64,000 nucleotides of DNA from Leucoraja ocellata (taxonomy: Eukaryota): the NCBI GenBank assembly GCA_036785375.1, contig JAWMAR010000165.1, positions 992,001-1,056,000 on the forward strand. The letters are read 5' to 3'. Every line of letters starts with the position of its first letter. Positions within the stretch are counted from its first letter, which is position 1. Made by a program: the position numbers and the translations under genes. Below, piece by piece: positions 1-10,373 of this stretch. The notes under the pieces are model-generated. The model ran no database searches. It was not told the DNA's origin and saw only the letters and a program-made list of their open reading frames with translations.

Positions 1-204
1 CTCATTCAGGATATGATGGCGTTCACAACAGTATTGTTCTTGAGTGTCAGTTCAGAGAGGCGGCTCCAGAGTCGACAGTGAGATTAAACCCAGGGCGGTC
101 GGATGCAGTGGCGAGGACAAGGCCAAGCTGAACAATGTCAATATTATACACACAAAAAGCTGGAGTAACTCAGTGGGACAGGCAGCATCTCTGGAGGGAA
201 GGGC

Positions 205-540
205 TGGGTGATGGGAACCTGATTGTTCAGGAAAGGAGCTGTTCCTGAGCCTGGTGGTGTGGGAGTTCAGGCATCTGTACTGCTGGGAGCAAAAAGAGGG
301 CATGGCCCAGATGGTGGGATCTTAGATGATAGATGCCATCTTCTGTAGACATCCTCATGTAGATGCTTTTGATGGTGTAGGAGGCTGTGCCAATGATGGA
401 TCCACCACACTCTGCAACTCCTTGCATTCCTATGTGTTGGAATTATTGTACCAGGCCACGATACAACCAGTCAGGATACTTTCTACATTGCATCTGTAGA
501 AGTTTATTTTAAGAGTATTCAGTGACGTACCAAATCTCTT
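205..540 (-). mobile_element. Degraded Rex1/Babar-type LINE 3' fragment
   Basis: Reverse strand resembles the FYRCxxESIL...SHHLGHALF...FRNSFF segment seen in better copies (8838-9362); many frameshifts. Confidence 0.6.
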
Positions 541-635
541 TATAGATAGTAGAGGGACTGGTGATTGCATCCATGTGCTGGGCCAGGCCAGGCCAGGTCA
601 TGTATGTGCTAGGTCCAGGAGAGGTCATACACGCT

Positions 636-930
636 AGAGTGAGGCCACATGCAAACTAGAGGGACAGCACCTCGAATTCTGCTTGGGTAGCTTACAACCC
701 AACAGTATGAACATTGAATTCTCCAATTTTAGGTAACATAACAACCCTCCCCCTTTTTCCCCCACCCCTACCTCTGTTGTTCAGAGACCAAAACAGACTC
801 AAGCATCTCTCCCATGAGGGAACCAATTCCTCCGATCTGCATGATGCAGATTCCTAACCTCCCCTCCCCCCCCCCCCCCACCTCTCACCTGTATCCACCT
901 ATCACTTGCCAGCACCCCTCCCCCCCCCAG
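636..930 (+). mobile_element. Penelope-like element: C-terminal end of GIY-YIG endonuclease ORF plus 3' UTR
   Basis: 638-736 translates SEATCKLEGQHLEFCLGSLQPNSMNIEFSNFR*, matching the KLEEQHLIFRLGSLQPxGMNIEF end typical of vertebrate PLE ORFs; followed by C-rich UTR with CTCACCTGTATCCACCTATCACTTGCCAGC. Confidence 0.7.
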
Positions 931-1054
931 AGGGCAGCTCTTCCAATGTCTTCCTCAAGCCTCCATCAACATCATAAGGGGCGAAAGATTTTAAGAAGGA
1001 AATAGAGTTTGTTCCAGAATCTACTCATCAGAACCTGATCTTTCACAATAAATG

Positions 1055-1640
1055 CCAAGAAAGCTCACCAACGTCTCCACTTTCTTGGAAGTTCGGCATG
1101 TTCCCAACAACACTCACCAATTTCTACGGATGCACCATGGAAAGCATTTTATCCGGATGGATCACAGCATTGTTCAGGAACAGCTCCATCCAAGACTGCA
1201 AGAAATTGCAGAGAATTGTGGACGTAGCCCTGACCATCGCACAAACCAACCTCCGTTACATTGATTCCGTTTACACGTCACGCTGCCTCGGCAAGGCCAG
1301 CAGCATCATCAAGGACCAGTCTCTTCTCCCTTCTCCCTTCTCCCTTCTCCCATCAGGCAAGAGATACAGAAGTTTGAATTGCACACTTACAGTTTCAGGG
1401 ACAGTTTCTTCCAAGCTGTCAACCAGCTAGAATGCGGTCTTAACCTCCCATCTACTTCATTGGAGACATTTTTTATCGGATTTCATCTTGCACTCAATAA
1501 TACACCCTTTATCCTGGATCTGTACACTGTGGACGGCTGGATTGCAATCATGTATAGTCTTCTCATTGACTGGATAGCACACAACAAAAAAAGCTTTTCA
1601 CTGTAACTCGGTACTCGTGAAAATAGTAAACTAACCTAAG
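1055..1640 (+). mobile_element. Rex1/Babar-type LINE 3' fragment (DUF1891-like region and tail)
   Basis: ORF 1098-1430 FYGCTMESILSGWITALFRN...KKLQRIV...RCLGKASSIIKD...LLPSGKRYRS; 3' tail ending TAAACTAAC. Confidence 0.8.
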
Positions 1641-1809
1641 ATGCCTCTCAGTCCCGCCTACCCCTGTAAGAAAATGGTGCCCCTCACCTTCCTCACCCAG
1701 TCTTGTCTCCTCGACTCCTATCAAGGATGTTCAACTAATCTTCACAATTTCTATGTCTCTCCATATCCATGTGCCTTTGTAAAAGCCTCAAGCCCCTGTC
1801 TTATCTGAT

Positions 1810-2130
1810 CGTGCAATCCGGGCACTCACCACCCTCAGTCTAAAACAAAACTTGTACAAAAGCTAGGCCCTCTTTGACACTTCGAGCCTGGGAACGAGGT
1901 TCTGACTGTCAGGCCTATCAACGCCTCTTGTAATTTTAGATACATCTATCAGATCCCCACTCAACCTCCGGTGTTACAGAGAAAACGATCCGTGTTTGTG
2001 CAGTTTCCCCCTGTAGCTAATACCCACTAATCCAGGCAGCGACCGGGCACACCTCCTCTGCACTCTCCACATTCTTCCAGTAATGGGGCATTCAGAACTG
2101 CACACAATACTCCAAATTGCACGCAATGCT
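1810..2130 (-). mobile_element. Degraded CR1 LINE fragment
   Basis: Reverse strand MYLEHCVQF... (ORF 2027-2221), homologous to CR1 RT C-terminus at 3157-3660. Confidence 0.6.
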
Positions 2131-3104
2131 CCAAATACATTGTACACATCTTTTCTTTAAACACAATGAAAGTATCATGCCTTTCTGAGAAGAGGGAAGC
2201 AAAGTATTTGTCCAGGAGCACACACCCCCTCCACTCATTGCATTCCGTTATCTAAAAGGCCACTCACTTTTCTTGCTCCGTCCGCTCCTATTCTTGCTTA
2301 CATATTTTTTATAAGGTCATAGGTGATAGGAGCAGAATTAGGCCATTCAGCCCATCAAGTCTACTGCGCCATTCCATCATGGCTGATCTATCTCTCCCTC
2401 TGAACCCCTTTCCCCTGCCTTCTCTCCATAACCCTTGATTTGTATTTTTGTGATGCTACTGCCCAACATTTCTAATTTCCTTTATACCCTCTGCCAGCAT
2501 AAACGGAAAGGCAAAAGTGGGTTTGAAAGGAAGAGCAACAGCAAAAAGAAGAGGAATCAAGGGAGAGGGTGTGGGGTGACAGAGAGGAATGGGTGATAGT
2601 TGAGAGGATAAGACGGGAGTGGGAGACGGAGGAAGGAGAGATGGGGAAAAGAGAATCCATTATGGGCACAGAGTTTACGATGCAGAAAGATGAACTGTTC
2701 CTATAGATAATGTGGGCTGATGGGCCTGTTCTTGCTCTATACTCTCATCTATGTTCTAAATGAGGACAAGGATTTAATGGAGACAAAAGGAACTGCAGAT
2801 GCTGGCATCTTGAGCAAAACACAAAGTGCTGGAGCAACTCAGCGGACCAGGCAGCATCTGCGGCGGGAATGGGCAGCCAACATTTCGGGTCAGACATTTC
2901 TGGGAACGCTTGTGCTTGGGTGCTGAGAAAATGTAATCATTGAGAAAATCATCTCTGAATATCCAACCCTCTTACCCTTGTATCCACCTATCATTTGCCA
3001 GGCCTTGCCCCACGCCCACCTCTCTTTACCAGCTTTCTCCCCCCTAATGCAAACAATCTGGAAGGGCCCCGACCCAAAACGTTGCCAGTCCGTTCCCTCC
3101 ATAG

Positions 3105-4596
3105 ATAACCATATAACCATATAACAATTACAGCACGGAAACAGGCCATCTCGGCCCTACAAGTCCGTGCCGAACAACTTTTTTCCCCTTAGTCCCACCT
3201 GCCTGCACTCATACCTACCATAACCCTCCATTCCCTTCTCATCCATATGCCTATCCAATTTATTTTTAAATGATACCAACGAACCTGCCTCCACCACTTC
3301 CACTGGAAGCTCTTTCCACACCGCTACCACTCTCTGAGTAAAGAAGTTCCCCCTCATGTTACCCCTAAACTTCTGTCCCTTAATTCTGAAGTCATGTCCT
3401 CTTGTTTGAATCTTCCCTATTCTCAAAGGGAAAAGCTTGTCCACATCAACTCTGTCTATCCCTCTCATCATTTTAAAGACCTCTATCAAGTCCCCCCTTA
3501 ACCTTCTGCGCTCCAGAGAATAAAGACCTAACCTATTCAACCTATCTCTGTAACTTAGTTGTTGAAACCCAGGCAACATTCTAGTAAATCTCCTCTGTAC
3601 TCTCTCTATTTTGTTGACATCCTTCCTATAATTGGGCGACCAAAATTGTACACCAGATTTGGTCTCACCAATACCTTGTATAATTTTAACATTACATCCC
3701 AGCTTCTATACTCAATGCTCTGATTTATAAAGGCTAGCATACCAAAAGCTTTCTTTACCACCCTATCTATATGAGATTCCACCTTCAAGGAACTATGCAC
3801 GGTTATTCCCAGATCCCTCTGTTCAACTGTATTCTTCAATGCCCTACCATTTACCATGTACGTCCTATTTTGATTTGTCCTGCCAAGGTGTAGCACCTCA
3901 CATTTATCAGCATTAAACTCCATCTGCCATCTTTCAGCCCATTTTTCCAAATGGCCTAAATCACTCTGTAGACTTTGGAAATCCTCTTCATTATCCACAA
4001 CACCCCCTATCTTGGTATCATCTGCATACTTACTAATCCAATTTACCACACCTTCATCCAGATCATTGATGTACATGACAAACAACAAAGGACCCAACAC
4101 AGATCCCCGAGGCACCCCACTAGTCACCTGCCTCCAACCCGATGAACAGCCATCCACCATTACCATCTGGCTTCTCCCATTCAGCCACTGTTAAATCCAT
4201 CTTGCTATTCCTGCATTTATACCTAACAGTTGAACCTTCTTAACCAACCTTCCATGAGGAACCTTGTCAAAGGCCTTACTAAAGTCCATATAGACAACAT
4301 CCACTGCTTTACCCTCGTCAATTTCCCTAGTAACCTCTTCAAAAAATTCAAGAAGATTAGTCAAACATGACCTTCCAGGCACAAATCCATGTTGACTGTT
4401 CCTAATCAGACCCTGTTTGTCCAGATGCTTATATATATTATCTCTAAGTATCTTTTCCATTAATTTGCCCACCACTGAAGTCAAACTAACAGGTCTATAA
4501 TTGCTAGGTTTACTCTTAGAACCCTTTTTAAACAATGGAACAACATGCGCAGTACGCCAATCCTCGGGGACTATTCCCGTTTCTAATGACATTTGA
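3105..4596 (-). mobile_element. Young 5'-truncated CR1 LINE (ORF2 reverse transcriptase region) with (ATGGTTAT)n tail
   Basis: ORFs 4191-4658, 3606-4166, 3157-3579 give PEDWRTAHVVPLFKKG..NYRPVSLTS..DFSKAFDKVPH..GVPRGSVLGP..YADD..LERRRLRGDLIEVFK; one stop at 4191 and a frameshift near 3650; 8-bp tandem tail at 3105-3128; interrupts a Penelope-type terminal element. Confidence 0.95.
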
Positions 4597-5149
4597 CCCT
4601 GACCCGCTGAGTTACTGCAGCATTTTGTGTTTACCTCTGGATATGAACTAATTTGCAATCAATAAATAACTATCTCTAAAAACTAAAATTGAATACTAGC
4701 CTACTTATTTACCATAGTTCACTGAGGCAGCAGCATTTAAACAGTGGTAAATGCAGTATTGAAATGAAGTCTCTCTGATTTAAAGCAGAATTATAATGTT
4801 GGTGTCAATGGGAAATGATGCTCAAACTGAGCTCCTATTTACTCAGCCAATAATGTTCTTTTGTTCTGTTTTTCTAATTGGAACAGTCGGTCTTTGGGAT
4901 TGAAGGAAGAATTGTATAAGGAACAGAATGCCTATGATTTAATTGGCTGTGACTTTATGAACAGTTTGATAACCCGTGAGTATGAGTGATTTATCACTGT
5001 GTTTTTAATGAACATCTGCAGCTTGGACTGGGCACAATGGAAGAAGAGAGAAATGGGATGAGTTAACCCAGGCACCAAACAACAGAACAGGAGAGGATGT
5101 GTGGAGGTGTGCACCGGGGTCAACAAGACCGATGAACAGGGACACAGGG

Positions 5150-5580
5150 AAACAATTTAAGTCGAAGTTTATTCTCATATATGCACAAGGACAGCCATGA
5201 TTGAATGTTGCAGCAGACTCGTTGGGCCGAATGGCCTACTTCTGCTCCCATGTCTTTTGGTCTTACAGTGAGGAACAGATGTAATGAAAATATTGCCTGC
5301 AGCAGCAACACAGGCACATAGACCCAGACAACAGACAAAAACATAAAGTACACAAGAAAGTGCAAAAAAAAAAACAGACATTAGTGCAAAGCACAATTGG
5401 AAAACAAGTCTGTGGTAACGCAAGAGGTGGTCCACAGTGATCTGTTGCTGAGATTGGGTTAGGTTTGTATGGGTCGGTTCAGAAACCTGATGGTTGTAGG
5501 AAAGTAGCTGTTCCTGAACCTGGTGGTGTGGGACCCCGGGCTTCTGTACCTCATGCCCGACAGTAGCAGTGAGAAGGAGC
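5150..5580 (-). mobile_element. Rex1/Babar-type LINE 3' end with nested CR1 3' tail (~5190-5263)
   Basis: Reverse strand CACCACCAGGTTCAGGAACAGCTACTTTCC motif and AATAAACT-type tail; CR1 tail GGGCCGAATGGCCTACTTCTGCTCC inside. Confidence 0.6.
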
Positions 5581-5659
5581 ATCATCTCTGGCAAACATGG
5601 ATAGGGACTCTTCTTCATACTGCTCAAGGGTCCTGTTTCTCTTTCTCCCTTTCCTGTTG

Positions 5660-6147
5660 GGAGATCTATCAGAAGCGGAGCATCAGCAGAGCTATCTCCA
5701 TTATCAAGGACCCCTTTCATCCATCACACCACATCGTCACCATTCTGCCATCTGGGAAGAGGTACAGGAGCATCAGCTGCAAAACCAGCAGGATGCCACA
5801 CAGCTTCTGCCCACAGGCAATAAGACTGGTTAACGGACTGTGTCCCCTCCCCATATCATTCACCAACACATTCAACTTCGCCCATCCTTTGACAGCTAGG
5901 CACCTGTCAAAGCAAAGCCACTGTCCGTCGCAATGTCTGTTTTTATTTTATTGTCAATTTTAGGCCTACTTTCTGTTTTTAGATATGGTAATTTTAATTT
6001 TTTTTTTAAAGCTCTATGTATTTATCCTGTTTTTATTAACTACACTGAATGGAAACTGATAGAGAAACGTTTTTTTTGTTTCATCTGTGTATGCAAGTAC
6101 TTAGTTAAAATTATAATAAATAAATACTGATACTGACTGATACTGAC
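5660..6147 (+). mobile_element. Rex1/Babar-type LINE 3' fragment with (ATACTG)n tail
   Basis: IYQKRSISRAISIIKDPFHPSHHIVTILPSGKRYRSISCKTSRMPHSFCPQAIRLVN in ORF 5523-5963; AATAAA followed by ATACTG repeats at 6115-6147. Confidence 0.75.
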
Positions 6148-6519
6148 CCGAGACGTCACCTATCCTTACCTACCCATGTTTGCCTTTCTCTCCACAGGTG
6201 TTGCCTGACTTGCTGAGTTCCTCCAGCACTTTGTGCTTTCCTCAAGATTCCAGCGTCTGCAGTTTCTGGTGACTTCACATACAAAACCATACCAGTGGTG
6301 CGTGGGTCTCAAAAGGAAGCACGGAGTCCAGTGTTTTGAGAGGCACCTTCAATTATGTTCCTCCCGGTTGTAGGGAAGACCAAACAAGAGAAAGATGGCA
6401 CCCAAACCCTTGCCTTTAAACCCTCTGGCTAAGGGCCACCTCCGGACTGAACCACTCCCGTGCCGAGGGGTTCGACAGTATGATGGCACGACCCTTGGGA
6501 GCCGCCACACCAGGCATAT

Positions 6520-6705
6520 AATGGCCCTGTCTCACGGTGTGAGTCCACACACGAGAGATCCCGAGTTTAAAACAAATCAAACTCGTGGTAATCAGGTAGA
6601 ATTAACGTAGGGGGAACGTCGGAACTCGTAACGCTAACGGCAGGTACCCGGGAAACTTGTTAACTCGTGAAAATCTTTCAACATGATGAAAGATTTCCAC
6701 GAGCC
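6520..6705. mobile_element. Truncated MITE of the AGGGCCTGTCCCAC family
   Basis: Starts GGCCCTGTCTCAC; interior aligns by eye with 59589-59780; second TIR missing. Confidence 0.55.
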
Positions 6706-7150
6706 AAATTTGCTCTTGAAGTAAAAATTCTGCACTTTGTGTCTTCACCTTTGCTAGACTTATTGCACTTGAGCTCGATTTGATTGTATTTATGTATTAT
6801 ACTATCTGATTTGATGAGATAAGATGCAAAACAAAACTATTCATTGCACTGTACACACGCCAATAATAAATGTATACCTCAACCATCAGTACCACCCCCC
6901 CCAATACACGTATCATGAACTTAAACTTAAACTTCACCCAATGGATATCGGGGACATGGATGGCAAAGGGAAGTGCCTTCAATCGCACTAAATGCCACTG
7001 TTTCCCAGCTGAATTACAAGGGATACCGTCCATTTCAGGCTGGGGAACAGGCAGCTCTCGTCTCTCTTGTACCCTCACAATGACCAATGAAAGGTTGTTG
7101 CCATGTTGCAGGCTAACCTGCCCCATTTCAAACACAAACGCAGATGGTGA

Positions 7151-7374
7151 AGATAGACACAAAAAACTGGAGTAACTCAGCGGCTCAAACAGCATCGCTG
7201 GAGAAATGGAATAACTGACATTTCAGGTCGAGACCCTTCATCAGAATGAAGAAGGGTCTCAACCCAAAACGTCACCTATTCCTTTTCCCCAGAGATGCAA
7301 TCTGACCCGCTGAGTTACTCCAGCTTTTTCTGTCTACCTTCGGTTTAATTCAGCATGTGCGGTTCCTTCCTGCA
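7151..7374. mobile_element. Asymmetric hairpin element (Penelope-terminus derived) with back-to-back hammerhead-like cores
   Basis: Arms 7151-7244 and 7247-7339 are imperfect reverse complements; 10-bp TSD CAGATGGTGA at 7141-7150 and 7375-7384. Confidence 0.8.
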
Positions 7375-7402
7375 CAGATGGTGAGGAGCAGGTGGGCCGT
7401 AC

Positions 7403-7597
7403 CTTGCTTTGTCCGAGGGCTCTTGCCTGCTGCGGGGGGTTTGGATGAGGGAGGATGTGGCTCATCCTTGACTGGATTCTTCTCTGCTTCCTCTTCCTTC
7501 ACCGGCTTTATATCTGCTTCCTCCTTCCTGATCGGCCTTTCCTCGGCTGCCTCGTCCCGGTCCAGACTCTTCTCTGCTTCAATTGAAATGTCCGTAG
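7403..7597 (-). CDS. Internal coding exon (195 bp, phase 1-1) of unidentified host gene; acidic/lysine/proline-rich segment
   Basis: Acceptor tgttttttccgcgttccag and donor AAG|gtacgg; open frame xTDISIEAEKSLDRDEAAEERPIRKEEADIKPVKEEEAEKNPVKDEPHPPSSKPPAAGKSPRTKQ; unique sequence, length divisible by 3. Confidence 0.8.
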
Positions 7598-7888
7598 CTG
7601 GAACGCGGAAAAAACATTGACATCAGTTCATGAAGTACACAACGAACATCCACGTCTAGCCCAGAGTACGGAGGCAAGTAAGGTAACAACATTTAAAAAT
7701 CATTTGGACAGGTACAAAGATAGGAAAGGTTTAGAAGGATATGGGACAAATGCAGACAAATGGGGTTAACTTAGTTGGGGCATAATGGATAAATTGGTCC
7801 AAAGGCCTCTTTCTGTGCCCCATGACTCTCTGACCACATAGTTCGTTGCTGGTTTTTCCCAGGCCAAACAGAACACAAATAATCAAAT

Positions 7889-8090
7889 GTGGACAAATGT
7901 GATGGTGAAACTCAGCGGGTGAGGCAGCATCTATGGAGTGAAGGAATAGGTGAAGTTTCTGTTTGAGACCCTTCTTCAGCCTGAAAGGTCGCCTATTTCT
8001 TCGCTCCATAGAGGCCGCCTCACCCGCTGAGTTTCTCCAGCGTTTTTGTCAACCTTTGATTTTTCCAGCATCTGCAGTTCTTTCTTAAAG
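7889..8090. mobile_element. Asymmetric hairpin element, CTTAAA-end subfamily
   Basis: Inverted arms AACTCAGCGGGTGAGGCAGCATCTATGGAG / CTCCATAGAGGCCGCCTCACCCGCTGAGTT; 12-bp TSD AAATAATCAAAT at 7877-7888 and 8091-8102. Confidence 0.75.
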
Positions 8091-8837
8091 AAATAATCAA
8101 ATAATACGTTCAGGAGTGCATCATCTGGTCCCTCGAGCATGCGACACCATTCGGCAAGCTGTTCATCTAGAACACAAAGTGCTGGAATAACTTAGCGGGT
8201 CAGACTGCATCTCTGGAGGACATGGATAGGTGGCTTTTCGGATCGGGACCCTTCTTCACCCCCTCTGAGTTACTCCAGCACTTGTCGTTCCATGCAAGAT
8301 TCCAACTATCTACAGTACCTTGTGGTCAAAGCAGTGCATCTACTTTAGCTCCATTCACTTGCACCGACCCTAATTCCCATGAATCCCCTCACATCTGGAA
8401 AACTATTTACCTCAGAGAACGCCTGAGGCACCAGAGTACAGGAGTGCGATGATTCACCGCCCTCCGCAAGAGATTTCTGCTTATCCCAGTGCTTAGTGGC
8501 TGGCCCTTCATTCTGAGACTGAGCCTCTGCTACCAGAGTCATTGTCCAGGACAATCGACCTCCCCTCATCAAGAATATTGGGTCAACTATTCTTCTCCCA
8601 TTCACCTACAGTGACTTGCAAAAGTTTTCATACCCCTTGAACTTTTCCACATTTTGTCACGTTACAACCACAAACGTAAATGTATTTTATTGGGATTTTA
8701 TGTGATAGACCAACACAAAGTGGTGCATAATTGTGAAGTGGAAGGAAAATGATACATGGTTTTCAATTTTTTTTACAAATAAAAAACTGAAAAGTGGGGC
8801 GTGCAAAAGTATTCAGCCCCCCTGAGTCAATACTTTG

Positions 8838-9362
8838 GAAATACTTTCCTGGTGAACTTCTACCGCTGCACCATCGAGAGCATCCTTACCAACTGCATCA
8901 AAGTATGGTATGGCAACTGCTCTGTCTCCGACCGGAAGGCATTGCAGAGGGTGGTGAAAATTGCCCAACACATCACCGGTTCCTCGCTCCCCTCCATTGA
9001 GTCTGTCCAAAGAAAGCGCTGTCTGCGGAGGGCGCTCAGCATCGCCAAGGACTGCTCTCACCCCAACCATGGACTGTTTACCCTCCTACCATCCGGGAGG
9101 CGCTACAGGTCTCTCCGTTGCCGAACCAGCAGGTCGAGGAACAGCTTCTTTCCGGCGGCTGTCACTCTACTCAACAACGTACCTCGGTGACTGCCAATCA
9201 ACACCCCCCCCCCCCCCCCCCCCCCGGACACTTATTATTATTTATTCAAATCGTTTGCTATGTCGCTCTTCCAGGGAGATGCTAAATGCATTTCGTTGTC
9301 TCTGTACTGTACACTGACAATGACAATTAAAATTGAATCTGAATCTGAATTTGAATCTGAAT
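8838..9362 (+). mobile_element. Young 5'-truncated Rex1/Babar-type LINE nested in the Tc1
   Basis: Uninterrupted FYRCTIESILTNCIKVWYGNC..LLPSGRRYRSLRCRTSRSRNSFFPAAVTLLN; (GAATCT)n tail 9335-9362; CTTTG repeated at 8833-8837 and 9363-9367. Confidence 0.9.
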
Positions 9363-10373
9363 CTTTGTAGAACCACATTTCGCTGCAATTACAGCTGCAA
9401 GTCTTTTGGGGTATGTCTCTACCAGCTTTGCACATCTAGAGACTGAAATTTTTGCCCATTCTTCTTTGCAAAATAGCTCAAGCTCAGTCAGATTGGATGG
9501 AGAGCGTCTGTGAACAGCAATTTTCAAGTCTTGTCAGAGATTCTCAATTGGATTTCGGTCTGGACTTAGGGCCATTCTAACACATGAATATGCTTTGATC
9601 TAAACCATTCCATTGTAGCCCTGGCTGTATGTTCAGGATCATTGTCCTGCTGGAAGGTGAACCTCCGCCCCAGTCTCAAGTATTTTGCAGACTCTAACAG
9701 GTTTTCTTCCAAGATTGCCCTGTATTTGGCTCCATCCATCTTCCCATCAACTCTGACCAGCTTCCCTGTCCCTGCTGCAGAAAAGCATCCCCACAGCATG
9801 ATGCTGCCACCACCATGTTTCACAGTGGGGATGGTGTGTTCAGAGTGATGTGCAGTGTTAGTTTTCCGCCACACATAGCGTTTTGCATTTAGGCCAAAAA
9901 CGTCAATTTTGGTCTCATCTGACCAGAGCACCTTCCTCCACATGTTTGCTGTGTCCCCCACATGGCTTGTGGCAAACTGCAAACGGGACTTCTTATGGGT
10001 TTTTTTCCAACAATGGCTTTCTTCTTGCCACTCTTCCATAAAGGCCCGATTTGTGGAGTGCACGACTAATAGTTGTCCTGTCGATAGATTCTCCCACCTG
10101 AGCTGTGGATCTCTGCAGCTCCTCCAGAGTTACCATGGGCCTCTTGGCTGCTTCTCTGATCAATGCTCTCCTTGCCCGGCCTGTCAGTTTAGGTGGACGG
10201 CCATGTCTTGGTAGGTTTGCAGTTGTGCCATACTCTTTCCATTTTCGGATGATGGATTGAACAGTGCTCCGTGAGATGTTCAAAGCTTGGGATATTTTTT
10301 TATAACCTAACCCTGCTTTAAACTTCTCCACAACTTTATCCCTGACCTGTCTGGTGTGTTCCTTGGGCTTCAT
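9363..10373 (-). pseudogene. Disrupted Tc1 transposase
   Basis: MKPKEH..HTH..GRPPK; [33 protein letters not shown] motifs; frameshift in T run ~10000-10007, small deletion/stop ~9566, TGA at 9534-9536, last codons displaced by a LINE. Confidence 0.95.

Noticed and set aside
7151-7374. Hairpin elements as pre-miRNAs or classical MITEs
   Set aside because: High copy number, unequal arms and variable 10-15 bp TSDs point to retrotransposition
7403-7597. Naming the host gene (for example a tau/MAP-family member)
   Set aside because: Only compositional resemblance; no diagnostic motif in the window
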